Of a stretch of DNA of 38,742 nucleotides, positions 26,401 to 37,167 are shown piece by piece. The DNA is taken from assembly GCA_001687465.1 (NCBI GenBank), contig LVLI01000573.1, positions 1 to 38,742 of the forward strand, in the 5' to 3' direction. Under the pieces are notes generated by a model that saw only the letters and a program-made list of their open reading frames with translations, had not been told where the DNA came from and did no database searches. The stretch's first letter is position 1. Each line of letters starts with the position of its first letter. The DNA comes from Halocafeteria seosinensis (Eukaryota). Position numbers and translations under genes: made by a program.

Positions 26401-27113
26401 TGTTGCATCAGTTTGACCGAGAAATGCCCCGAGAAGTAGCTGCCTACTTGATACGAGTTACCGAGAGTAGTCAGGGTTTTCCCGTCCAACGACCCATAGC
26501 AGGAGCACCAAAGCCACCGGAATTACCCTCGCTACCGAGAGAGTTACTAGATCCCGACGGGCTTTTCGAGAAAGAAAAAGAAAAAGCGCTAGAATCCTTG
26601 GAGGAGCAGAAGAACGGAGGAGATAAGAAAAAAGGTGGTGACGCAAAGCAAGATAGCAAAGGCAAGGGCAAATCCGAAGAAGCTGAAACTCCTGAGCCGA
26701 GCCTAGATCCCGCTGTTGCTTTGGAAGCCGCTCTGGATCCGGAGCATCCAGAATGGCCGGAGATCCAAAAAATGGCGGCAATATCTCTGAAACCGGCAGA
26801 GCAAAAAAAGGGTCAGCGTGCTCCCCCGCCGGAACTAAGTGATAAAGGTAAACAGGCGATATCGCTGGCTCGCTCTCTGGTTGAATACAAAAATAAGTTG
26901 GAGCAAAGAAACCAGGAACCACAGGATGATGAGGAAAACGCCAGACCGGCACAGATCGATAGTCCATGGATAGGCCCGCACAGCTCGGCCTTCAAAGTAT
27001 TAGCCGAACGCAGCTCAGAGGAGTCTTTGAGTCTTGCCACGGAGAGCTCCCCCGCAGTACAGGATACTCTTTTCCGCTTGCTTATGCTTGTTCGACCTAT
27101 TAGCTTCTGTTAA
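23448..27113 (+). CDS. CASC1/DNAI7 (IC97-like) axonemal inner-arm dynein intermediate chain homolog, with acidic insertions
   Basis: An ATG-only first exon splices to PPKKKGKKSK, followed by a charged coiled coil, WQRHLQCSVFPDV, GIWANLKGK, YSPLGGLVFVELL, APYKHWHI, LKASGVELVP, FASSKWNQ and C-terminal LLMLVRPISFC, the CASC1-type motif order as I recall it. Confidence 0.75.
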
Positions 27114-27382
27114 AAGAGTGCGTAGGATCGTGCGCGGAAAATGCGTTGTAAAAGGGTGACGTGTGTTTTCTCATGTGTTTTCTACACGAAACGTGGAAGA
27201 ATTTACCCGCGAACGTCTAAGTTATTGGCATACTAGAGTTTTTTGCTATTCTGACTTCCCACGGCATTTACGCTGGAATGGGAATAGCTCTTATCGTACC
27301 TATTACAATTCCACAACGAACTTCCATTACTAGACCGTGCGAAAACCGTGAATCAAGTCCGAAGTGCTCAAGAGCACGTAAG

Positions 27383-28375
27383 TTACTCCATGTCTTTGGA
27401 ACGGAATTGAGGCATGACTACCTCCTTGCCCATGGCTTTTTGCACCACAACGACTACTTCCTTTCCATCTTCGAAGTCTTGACGCATCTGCTTGTATTCC
27501 TCGGTGTCAGGAATGAAAAGATCTTCGCGATCTTCCACCCCCTTGGCGGCGGCGTCTTCCGTTGGCATAAGATGGCAAGCGGAAGCTCCATCCTTGTCAC
27601 GGTCGTCGTCATTGATATCCGCAAGGATGTACTCCTCGCGAGCGACATTCGGGGCATCCATGTTGTGAGAAGTAGGGCAAATATCCACGTGCTTGGAGCC
27701 ACTAAAGATGTCAATGCCTGTGATGTTGGCTTTGGCGTGACCGTGCTTTCCAGTTTTGGAAGTGCTATAGTCCACGACCTGCAAAAGAGAAAGAACAACA
27801 CGACGCATCAAGCCAAACATTTACTTTGGCAACCCCATCGGTTCCTGGGTCGGCCTTAAGCAAGGCAATGGGACCCATCAGCAACGAAGCTTGGCATACC
27901 TTGCATGGGTGGCCTGCAATAGGAGACGAAAATTACAAAAAAGGTTAGGGATGCAGACGCAGAGGGACTTTGGTGGGGTGCCGCCGTATCAGGGCACGAG
28001 TCTCTACATTGGCATATGTCTTACCTTTGATCACGACATAGCTCCCTTTCTTAACCTCACCGGCACGGACGGGATAGACCTCCGAGGATCCGGCATCACC
28101 TGTGATATCGAAGAGCAATAGACCATTAGTCCGAAGCGTAGACACAGAGCTCGCTGGCTGGGGCGATAAAACTATTATGTATGAATAAGACAAGCGATAA
28201 ACGACAGAATCGCATGTCGACAGTCTAATTCTTCCTCTATATGGTACCCTGAGGTGGGGTATACCTCTATTACCCTCGCCCTCGATGAACGAGGGTCTCG
28301 ATTTCCCGCAATGGGAGAGAATTGTTGCCAAAAGCAAGGTAAATCATACACACCTGTGGCGAAATCGTCAGCCAT
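27383..28375 (-). CDS. EIF5A: Translation factor eIF5A, 4 exons including a 14-nt micro-exon
   Basis: MADDFAT|GDAGSSEVYPVRAGEVKKGSYVVIK|GHPCK|VVDYSTSKTGKHGHAKANITGIDIF, with the hypusine motif STSKTGKHGHAK intact. Confidence 0.97.
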
Positions 28376-28535
28376 TTTCCTTGGTTAGTTTTCTCACACG
28401 GACAAGAAAGAGAACACACGGATCGATGTATAAAGTTTCGGAAAAATCCCCTCACTATCAACCACGAGACCAACTGTAAATGGAGCTCAAGGCCCCAGCC
28501 GGCCGGAGAGCGCCGGCCCGAATTCGCCGGTAGAG

Positions 28536-28553
28536 CCCGAAATCGATTTCGGG
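28536..28553. promoter_or_regulatory. 18-bp perfect palindrome about 160 bp upstream of eIF5A
   Basis: CCCGAAATCGATTTCGGG, within a GCCGG-rich patch. The sequence is certain; the regulatory role is inferred from position only. Confidence 0.35.
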
Positions 28554-28799
28554 TACCTTGGTAGGAAATTCATCTTGTTTTTTGAATGGAGAGACGCTTC
28601 CCACACAAAGTTCACGCACCTCTGTTCTGGGCACATCTACAAGTGAACTTTTCCGGTGGGTTGGTGAAATCTCGGACTTGCGAAGACTTGACACTATCGT
28701 GGTGTGGTTTCAATTTTTCGTTTCTACAGAAAACCAAAGGAAACGAACACAGACAATTGTGGACATCGGCAAAATGAACGCTTTTTTACCTGGCAGCGT

Positions 28800-29075
28800 T
28801 TACCGTTTTGGCTTATGAGCAAAAACAGTGTCAACTGCAAGGCGGGTAGCATTCTGACTGTGGTGGCCACTGGTGGGCTTGTTTGTGGAGCCGCCACCAA
28901 GAGACTTTTCATTGTGCATATATTCCGACGCCAAGTCCTTGACTTTATCGAACCCTCGGCGATAAGCATGTGAAGCATTGCCGAGGAAGTCAGGAGTACC
29001 GAGTTCAACAGAGGCTTGTTCCAGTTCGCTGTTCCAATCTTCAATCTTCCTACTGCAACCACTTATAAATAACAT
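28800..29075 (-). CDS. Possible exon of a small hypothetical gene
   Basis: 91-aa protein-like ORF (RKIEDWNSELEQASVELG...) with a TTGCAG acceptor-like and a GTAAAC donor-like boundary. I could not build a full gene model. Confidence 0.3.
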   Translation of the reverse strand: MLFISGCSRKIEDWNSELEQASVELGTPDFLGNASHAYRRGFDKVKDLASEYMHNEKSLGGGSTNKPTSGHHSQNATRLAVDTVFAHKPKR

Positions 29076-29502
29076 AGTTCGAGTCGAAACCCAAGAAGAT
29101 TGCCGCTTTCGCTAAAGGTCGTCTCGAAGGCAAACAGCACTTGCAAAAGACATCTTGCTCAAGTCTCTACAGAAAGGAACACCCCGGTACATGTCCGCAC
29201 AGTTGCGACCTGCGATATCAAGAGTTCCACAGGATGGGGAAGATACCTCTACAAAGAGTTCGCTCCAACAGTACCGGAGACGCCTCTTTCAACGGGCAAT
29301 ACCTTAAACTCAGCAGATGCGGTGCTAATGTCGTTGGGCGGGAGACAGAGGGAGTTTCAAGACCCTGTCGTTGCAGATGCAAAAGTGTGTCCCACTTCAC
29401 GTTTACTCCGTTACCTTGTAGTGGCTCGTCACGGACCCCAGTGTAGTATCCTTATTGAAGTCTACCGAACTGAGGGACATCCAGACTATCGCGTTCATCC
29501 TC

Positions 29503-31304
29503 TTAGAGGTACGTGGGGTTATCATACGAATCATCACCACTACCCGTTCCTCTGGTAGATCGTCGATTGAAAAGATCGCTATCAATACTGCGCACCTTTA
29601 TGCTGCTGTAGAGCATGCATCCTGCTGAGAGCAGAAGCACTCCAAGGACGATAGAAATCTCAATCGTATATTTCAGTTCCACGTGTACTCCGATCAGAAA
29701 CTGCACTGCGAGACCAAGCGACTGCCACAGTTTCAGGTTGCTCATTGCGGTATCCCGATCATTGTCACCAGGCAAATATGCGGGACTTTGTAAAATGGCA
29801 GGAATCTGCGACATCCAAACGCTGTCCCCGATTCCAAATAAAACAGGAAGGAAGAAAACTACGATATAGGCGGCAGTAGATTCATGCTCCAGAACGTTCA
29901 GTTCTTTTAATACAATAAGCATAACGTAAAATGCAGCATGAGAACAGAACGCTATCACTGCCACCCCTCGACGACCAATGATGCTAGCGAGTTTTCCAAA
30001 TACAAGGGAAAACAACGAGTCTGTGAAATAGAAGGTTGCAGTTACAAAGCCAACGAAATCGGAACTTATCAGACGTTTTTCGCGGTACACCCCGTCTTCC
30101 TTAACATCAGCGTAAAACAGGCGATAATCGCTGAAAAAGAACGCAAGGGACATTCCTGCAAGGAAGACCATTGTGCATGAACCGCGCATACCGTCGCCAG
30201 ACAGGCCTTCGCTGGACATACCATTGTAAAAGATGATTGGAACAAGGAAAGCCATCGGAGCAGAACAAAACGCTTGCTTTAACGTTGCTGATAGAGATAT
30301 CATAGGTAGAGCCCCAGCTTTTGCTTCAAACGAAGTCCGTCCTCCGAAGCCTGAATTAATTTCTGTGCCATTCGTAATTGCAAGAGGTTGTTCCTCTTCG
30401 GCGTTCACAAGAGGTTTAACCTCTCGAAGAGTGCAAAACAAGGCCAAGCCGATGCATGTAATTCCGAGCATTACCGAGAAAAGCACCGTTTTAGCAAGCT
30501 CTTGATTATCTACGTTAGTGTATATCAAAGAAGCTAAAACCATTCCCGTTCCACCAGTAAATTGAAAACTCGAGTAGAAAACACCTGCATATCATTTAAG
30601 AAGTCCCTGGAGCGTGCTCGCCGGCTGCGCGAAACCGGCAACCGTACCATTAAACCGACTGGTGACATCCTCTTCTTTCTCTCCGTTCACCCCCGCATGG
30701 TAGATAGCACATCGACCTGTATATAAGGTAGACACTTGCACCACTAGTATCACATTAGCTTCCTGAGTACATGTCTTACCCAAATACACCCCTTCCGCCG
30801 CCCATAATGTCGCGCCACCTATTCCCACAGCAGCGAATACGGGAATCGAAATCGCATACGTCTCCTTTTTGGCGAGGAAGCTCCCAATCAGAAACGCGTA
30901 AGGAGATGCTCCAATGATCATTGTGAGTCTGAAATGAAACATGTCTACGAAGTGTGCCGAAAATATATCGTCTGCGGACACAGCGAACTCACTTTGGACC
31001 ACATCGTTGCACCATGACGGGAGCTACTGTAGATACAACGGTAAAGCATGCATACAATATAGCTAAACTGGCATGTGCTAGCTTGGAATTTGTCACAATA
31101 TTCGTCTCCAGACCCTGCATATGGCATAATCTTCATTTATTTCACAACGAGCGCGTACCCGAGTGGGAGAAAAGGGCTTACTTGGGCAGTGTTAAACGCC
31201 ATAAAGATGCCAAAGAAGGCCCCCGTGAGCAAGTACGCTGATCTGGCATACTGCGTCGCCGCACGACTGCTGGCACTGAAACTAGTAGTATGAGTGGGAG
31301 CCAT
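29503..31304 (-). CDS. UNC-93-like MFS membrane protein, multi-exon
   Basis: AFFGIFMAFNTAQ, VGIGGATLWAAEGVYLG|RCA, SRFNG, FLVPIIFYNG|MSLAFF, LFGIGDSVWMSQI and SNLKLWQSLG, with many hydrophobic helices. Confidence 0.88.
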
Positions 31305-31816
31305 GGTGGGTCCTGTTGAAGCCGGTGTTCGGCTGACCTATTCGTCCATCGGCACTTTCACCCTCTTCTTCGATGTACTCAAGACATGACAATTTTCTAC
31401 CTACTGTTTTCGACGAGAGCAAGGGCAGAATCAACCCACACACCACAACAGAACTAAGTATCTTCTAAGATCCTCGTAGCCACCGTAGCTTCCGCACGCC
31501 AACGTAACGTGACTAAGGGCAGCACGGTCTAGCAAATGATAGGAAGTTCCTCAAATACGGTTACATTGCAAGAAGGAAGCGTACTAAAGCAGCTGGAAAA
31601 ACTTTATATTCTCATTTGTCACTGGAGTAGCGGCGACGTTTTACATGCAAATATGTCATCTCTTCGTGAGGTACAAGGTTGTACAACCAGTGTGTGGTGG
31701 GCACCACCAGACATATCTTCAAAGTCCCGCACAGTATGTCGGCAGTCGGTGTCCGACGTAGCACTTTTTGCTCGACGGGAAAAGTATCTATCGGATAGAT
31801 ACAGTCATATGGCACT

Positions 31817-32902
31817 TCAGCAATACACATTGTAAAAGTTGTACGACGTAGACTTGCTGCGTTCCTGCCCTTCTCCTGAGGTCTTTCTCATGAGTCCGAA
31901 GAGGAATTGTTTGCTATGCCGGGTGAAAGAAGTAGGACATGGCCCGGTGTCTCTTCCGGGAGGAGGACTCCATCCATTTCGAGCCTCACCACTGATAACC
32001 TTGATTACCGTTGGCATACACACTGATTGAGACTTGCCACACAGTAAATTACCAGACATTACTCACGAAAGAATTGAGCTTTGAACATCCTGATTCCTGC
32101 TATCATGCCCTAGTAGCCATACTAGGCCAAGAATTTATACGAATAGACGGGCTTGGCAAAAACGTGAAACAATGCATGTAGCAGAGTAGGTAAGTCTACA
32201 GTATTCCTCTACGAGCAGAACCGCGTTGAGGTCTTGGAATCTTGAAAGCGTCTTTCATACGTTATTTATCCTGTTCGCAATACATTCAAGTCGCTCCATA
32301 TCCCTGTCATGGGCCTTCTCGAGGGCTGCCGACGCACTCCCGGTGGAACAAAAATCTGAGCCAGATTGGTGATCAGGATAGAGCCTTCCAGCAAGCTGCC
32401 GGAGCTTGGTTTCTGCTCCTTGCGTCTCTGTACTCGGATATTCCCAGGATGAACCCGTTCTCGAGACATTGTGCGCTTTGCAAAGGACATCATCGACGAA
32501 ATCTGACATCCCATAATCCAGTCGACGTTCGTGTTCTTCACGTTCCTGCTGTTGTTCCCTTTGCATGTACTTCTCCAAGACTTCAGCAGGGTTTTCGACC
32601 TCTTCTTCATCCTCTTCTCCCGAAGAAGAAGAATCCCACTTGCTTTGCTGTTGTTGCTGACTCAACCTTGTTCGCTGGTCGGCACTGTGGCGCAACATCG
32701 GATGTCTTTCAAGCTCCACCAAGTTGTGTGCATCATCGTTCTCAGGACGGGAGTCTTTATACAGGGAGGATAAGGTATGTTTGTTCGAAGAGAGACTCTT
32801 TATCCCCGAGACGTCATTCGTTGAAATGCCTAGACGAGATCTTGTAGCAGAATGTCTTCCACTGCTTGAGACAGACGCAGCGCTGCGAGTGTGCTGCTGC
32901 AT
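31817..32902 (-). CDS. Hypothetical protein (Q/E/S-rich N-terminus), spliced; 3' end uncertain
   Basis: Long ORF from MQQHTRSAAS ends at a GTATGA donor. In-phase downstream exons (RNTVDLPTLLHALFHVF..., GEARNGWSPPPG...) can be joined through to a stop at 31817. Confidence 0.5.
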
Positions 32903-34338
32903 AATTGCAGTTCTAATATTCCAAATGAGGTATATTTTAGCATACCAGTTACAACCTAACTTGCGAATGAAGTACAATCATTAAGAAGATACATTCAATC
33001 ATAAGAAATTAGTCTCTAGACAGGTCTTGCTTCACCGGAGCTCAGATTCACAACGCAAAGTTTGGAAGGAACGCAACTTGTACACGTGCGACGGAGGACA
33101 TACGTCAGGCGCTTCGAAGTTCCAACAACAAATGCATCCACATTAAATGATTTACGAATTGCTTTAATACTGAGCAGCAAGAGTCCACCGCAAATTACTG
33201 CAAAAAACGGTCCGTGGCACAACAATTTGAATCGCAGAGCGATCTGTGCGTGCTGTAAGGTCAAACGTCAAGAGGACAGAGAGTGACTCTTGCCATGCCG
33301 GTGAAACATCACTTAAAGCATGCCGTAACTTTGCTCGTAGAAACTAACAGACCGACCAAGCCAAAAGTTCTCCGAAAAGCAGCAGCCTCGGAGATACTTT
33401 CGCAATGTGTGGTCACAGTCTGGCTCACAGGATGTCACATGTGTGTGTATCTGCTAAAACCTCACATTGATCGCAACCACTGGCTGTAGCGTATCTCTTC
33501 TTAAATGTATCATCCACGGCGAACACACTGTTAAACATAGTACAATGGTCCCGGGGTCTGTAGAACAGATTCAGGAAGCAACGCCGATCAATCACCGGGA
33601 AAGTTACTGGATGAATGTACTAGCATTGGTATCTAGTGTTGTATCGTATACAAATGTCCGCGTGTTGCTCCCATATGCTAATACTGTGATTCCTATTATT
33701 CCATTCCCAACTCGGGTAAACTGTTACGAAGAGAATCCACGGAATCACGAAGAGACAAAGTCCGCAATGCAAGGCTTTGCAAGCTACTCTTTACGGAAAT
33801 ACCTTCATGTTCCCTTGTGTAAGAAGTATGGTATGATAAGACGCATCCAGTGTTGGATTTCCGTAGAACAATGTTGGTTTTCTCAATGGAAACCTTCCCC
33901 GGAGTCATCGACACGCGTCCTCGACCCTACACTGTACTACTACTGGTGCGCGTTGGCGGCGCACAGCTTCATAGTACGAAACCCTTAGTTGCTTGCATCG
34001 TACATAGCACCCTCCGTTGGAGTCGGGTACTCTGGTACCGTACAAACATGAAAGAATCGAGCGTAAGAAACCGCACGACTCGTGGGTTGAGTCATCCGTG
34101 AATGCAGCGTTAAGGAAACAGTGATGATCAATAAGATTGGATTGGCAAGTTTCGATCTTCCTCGCTGTCTGGTTTCTTTGAAGACAACAGGCAAAGGAAA
34201 AGAGCACCGTCACGCCACCGTGTCCTTCATTTTTTTTTCTAGTACTGTCTGTTCCTTCTAGTGGAAATTCTGCTGCGCACCTTCTGGACTAGATCCGGAG
34301 TGACGTCGAGGTTGAAGTTTGTGCCAGGTGGCGTCTTC

Positions 34339-34386
34339 TTTTTTTTTTTTTTTTTGAAATCTCAGCATTTTTTTGAAATTTTCAAA
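34339..34386 (+). promoter_or_regulatory. T17 tract plus three TTTGAA/TTCAAA (CHR-like) hexamers upstream of WEE1
   Basis: T17 at 34339-34355, TTTGAA at 34353 and 34372, TTCAAA at 34381, about 290-335 bp before the kinase ATG. Function is inferred. Confidence 0.3.
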
Positions 34387-34673
34387 GCGATATTCACACT
34401 ACAGTGCCCACGTTGGCAGCCCAACATTCAGCGGTTTTACTAGCATAGATAGGATTGTGTAGGATATAGGATTGATCGTCAGTCTGCGTGCTTCATAAAC
34501 AAGCTGGAACGCGTATTATAGACGTGGTGAGCTGCAGAGCCGACCTCGGAGCCTGATATTCGAGCAGTTTGTAGCGTCTACGACGCTAGACGCGATCTTA
34601 TCTTGTCTTTAGCCCTTTGGTAGCCCAGGATCTCATAACTATTGAAGTGATTGACGAATGCAGAGCAAGCAAC

Positions 34674-37157
34674 ATGAGCCAACAACAGCATCCCTCGTCA
34701 GGAACGTCGAGTTTTCCTCCATCGGTTGCCAGCGTTAGTCCGACGACAACAACGCAAGCACTAGATGACTCAACTGCTGTGACTAATGCGCTTCAAGCGT
34801 TTCAAGGGCCTCTGCGTTTCAGCCACCCTCCGTCAGCGCCCATGACACCACCTGCAGAAGCACCATGCACTCCACCTCCCGTGCAGCACCGCGAACCACC
34901 TACACCTATGCGCACGCCGACTCCACTGAGGACGACCAAGCCAGCTTCAGCATCCTATCGTTCACCCGGTCTCACACGAAGTCGGAGAAATTCCATTGAT
35001 ACCCCCTTCAAGAATCCGTTCTTGAGTCCAGCAAGTGATTCTCAAATTGATAGCGGCGGAAACTACAGGGCTACAGCCGCTACGTCCAGGTGCCTCTTTG
35101 ATCAAGAAGTCGAACAAGCAGGAATGAGCTTTGCAGTGCGGAGTGCAAGTGGGAGTGCCGGTGACCCTGGTAATGATAAAAATTGCACTGTCTCTTCATT
35201 TGGCAAGTTTCTCGACGAATATCAAGACCTTGGTCTGCTTGGGTCTGGAAGGTAGGTTAAATCGGTATTCGTGCTGTGTATACATTTCTTGCGACGCCTA
35301 CCTCCATTTCCTGCAGCTTCGGTCAAGTCATCAAAGCCAGAAAGCATATTGATGGAAACTTGTACGCCATTAAGCGCAGTATTCGTCCTGTCTACAGTTA
35401 TCACGAGAAACACGACCTCCTGCGAGAAGTAAGCTAGATGACCATGTGTCTTCTGTGCATGAATGTTTGCAACGGATAGTACTTCACCGGTGCAGGTCCA
35501 CGCATTGAGCTCAATCGAGGAGAGTGAACATATTGTTCGCTATTACACGGCATGGGAAGAAGACTCCTACATATACGTTTGCAATGAGTTAATGGACTCC
35601 AATGCCAACTTGTTCAAGAGAGAATTCCTATCCTATACGTTCCACTCGACTCTCCCTGAGACTGTCCTAATTGAAATCCTGCGGCAGTGTCTTCACGGTT
35701 TACGCGATCTCCATGAACATGACCCCTCTATCGCGCATCTGGATATCAAGCCAGAGAACATCTTCTTCAAGTTTCCCCACGATAACCATGTGCGACGCAA
35801 TGAAGATAGCGTCGTCGAAGACTCTACCAAGAAGGAAACATTCGGGGCAATGCTTACGAAAAGGCAGTCTGCTTTACGAAAACTGGGTACATTCAAACTT
35901 GGTGACCTTGGGTTGGCTGTGCGAGCCGATTGCAACAAAGACATCATGGAAGGAGATGCAAAGTACGAAACACACATGCATAGAAATTTGTTAGTAATTA
36001 TATCGGCAAACGTATCTATGCGATGCAGGTATCTGAGTTGCGAACTACTAAGAGGGAACAGTGCCGACGTCTCAAAGGCTGATATCTTTTCCTTGGGAGC
36101 CTCAATCTACGAACTAGCACTGCCCCGAGATGAAGAACTACCTGGATCTGGCGAAGCTTGGCATAAATTTCGCAAGGAAATACCCCCCTTGAAAAATTAT
36201 TCGTCGTCATTCAACGGCTTGCTTAAGTCGATGTTGGTAAGTTTTGTTGAGGGCAAAACTCTTTCTCCCTGCCTGTCCATGCACGTTTGTTATATTACGG
36301 CACAGCTACCGGATCCAACTGCAAGGCCTTCAGCTGCTATGCTGCTGCATCACAAGCTCATGCGATCGGATATGGAACGTAGTTTGGTTAGAGCTAAACT
36401 GATGAACAAGTATTTGTACAATGAATTGGCAAAAGCTGTATCCATTGCCGCAAAAACATCTGGAGAACTCCGGCACCAAACCTATTATGAAGCAATGGAC
36501 AGGAAGAAAAGCAAACGCACTCGGAGGCATAATTCAATGTCTTGTGAGAATGTCGGTACAGGAAGTGCAATTGACGGCAGCAAATGGAGCGAAGGAGAAA
36601 CCATCAAGGGAAATGCAACTGCACCAAATTCTGCAAGTGCTGCAGGAGGCGTGGAGGTGCGGTACCAACACGGTAGAGCTCTGGCAGAAGGGTTATTATC
36701 TATGCCCTCTTCCACAGCTTGCGGGCATTCAGTACAAGGGTCTTCCTCCTCCAAACGTCAAAAGTTGCATCAGCGACCTCTCACGGATGGCAAGGACTCT
36801 TCTCAGGAGCCCTCAATTTTGGACTACATGAATACCAAGGGAGAAACGAGTGGCGAAACTGGAATCTCTCACTCCGAGTGCTCTCAGCTAGACACAGCAG
36901 ATACGCGACCCTTTTTGTCGATTAGATGCACTAGTAGTTTGGGAACCGACGTCTGGCCAGATGAATCGCTAACCCCAAATGTGGCAACCTCCTTCCCTGC
37001 CACGACTGAGCTTACTCGTTGTGCGTCGTTCAGCTCTGTCATGTCAGGGGCTTCCCCCGGCATAGAGACAATGGGCCTCTATGTGTGCGAGGAAGATAGA
37101 CGAGAGGCTCGCGCTCGTGTGGAGAATTTTGTGTCTCGAGCATGGAACAGGAAGTAG
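34674..37157 (+). CDS. WEE1: WEE1/MYT1-family CDK-inhibitory kinase, 5 exons
   Basis: LGSG|SFGQV...YAIKRS, E|VHAL, HIVRYYTAWEED, HLDIKPENIF, FKLGDLGLA, EGDAK|YL, KADIFSLG and LPGSGEAWHKFR. The N-terminus is rich in S/TP sites (TPMR, TPLR, TPFK). Confidence 0.9.
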
Positions 37158-37167
37158 GATCTGAATC

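Noticed and set aside
27914..28024. TPP riboswitch in eIF5A intron 2 (small GTGCC/GGCAC stem)
   Set aside because: It lacks the conserved CUGAGA and CUGAU...AAU...GCG.AGG core.
34339..34355. Poly(A) tail of a retrocopy
   Set aside because: No recognisable retro-sequence or target-site duplication is adjacent; a promoter poly(dA:dT) tract is the simpler reading.
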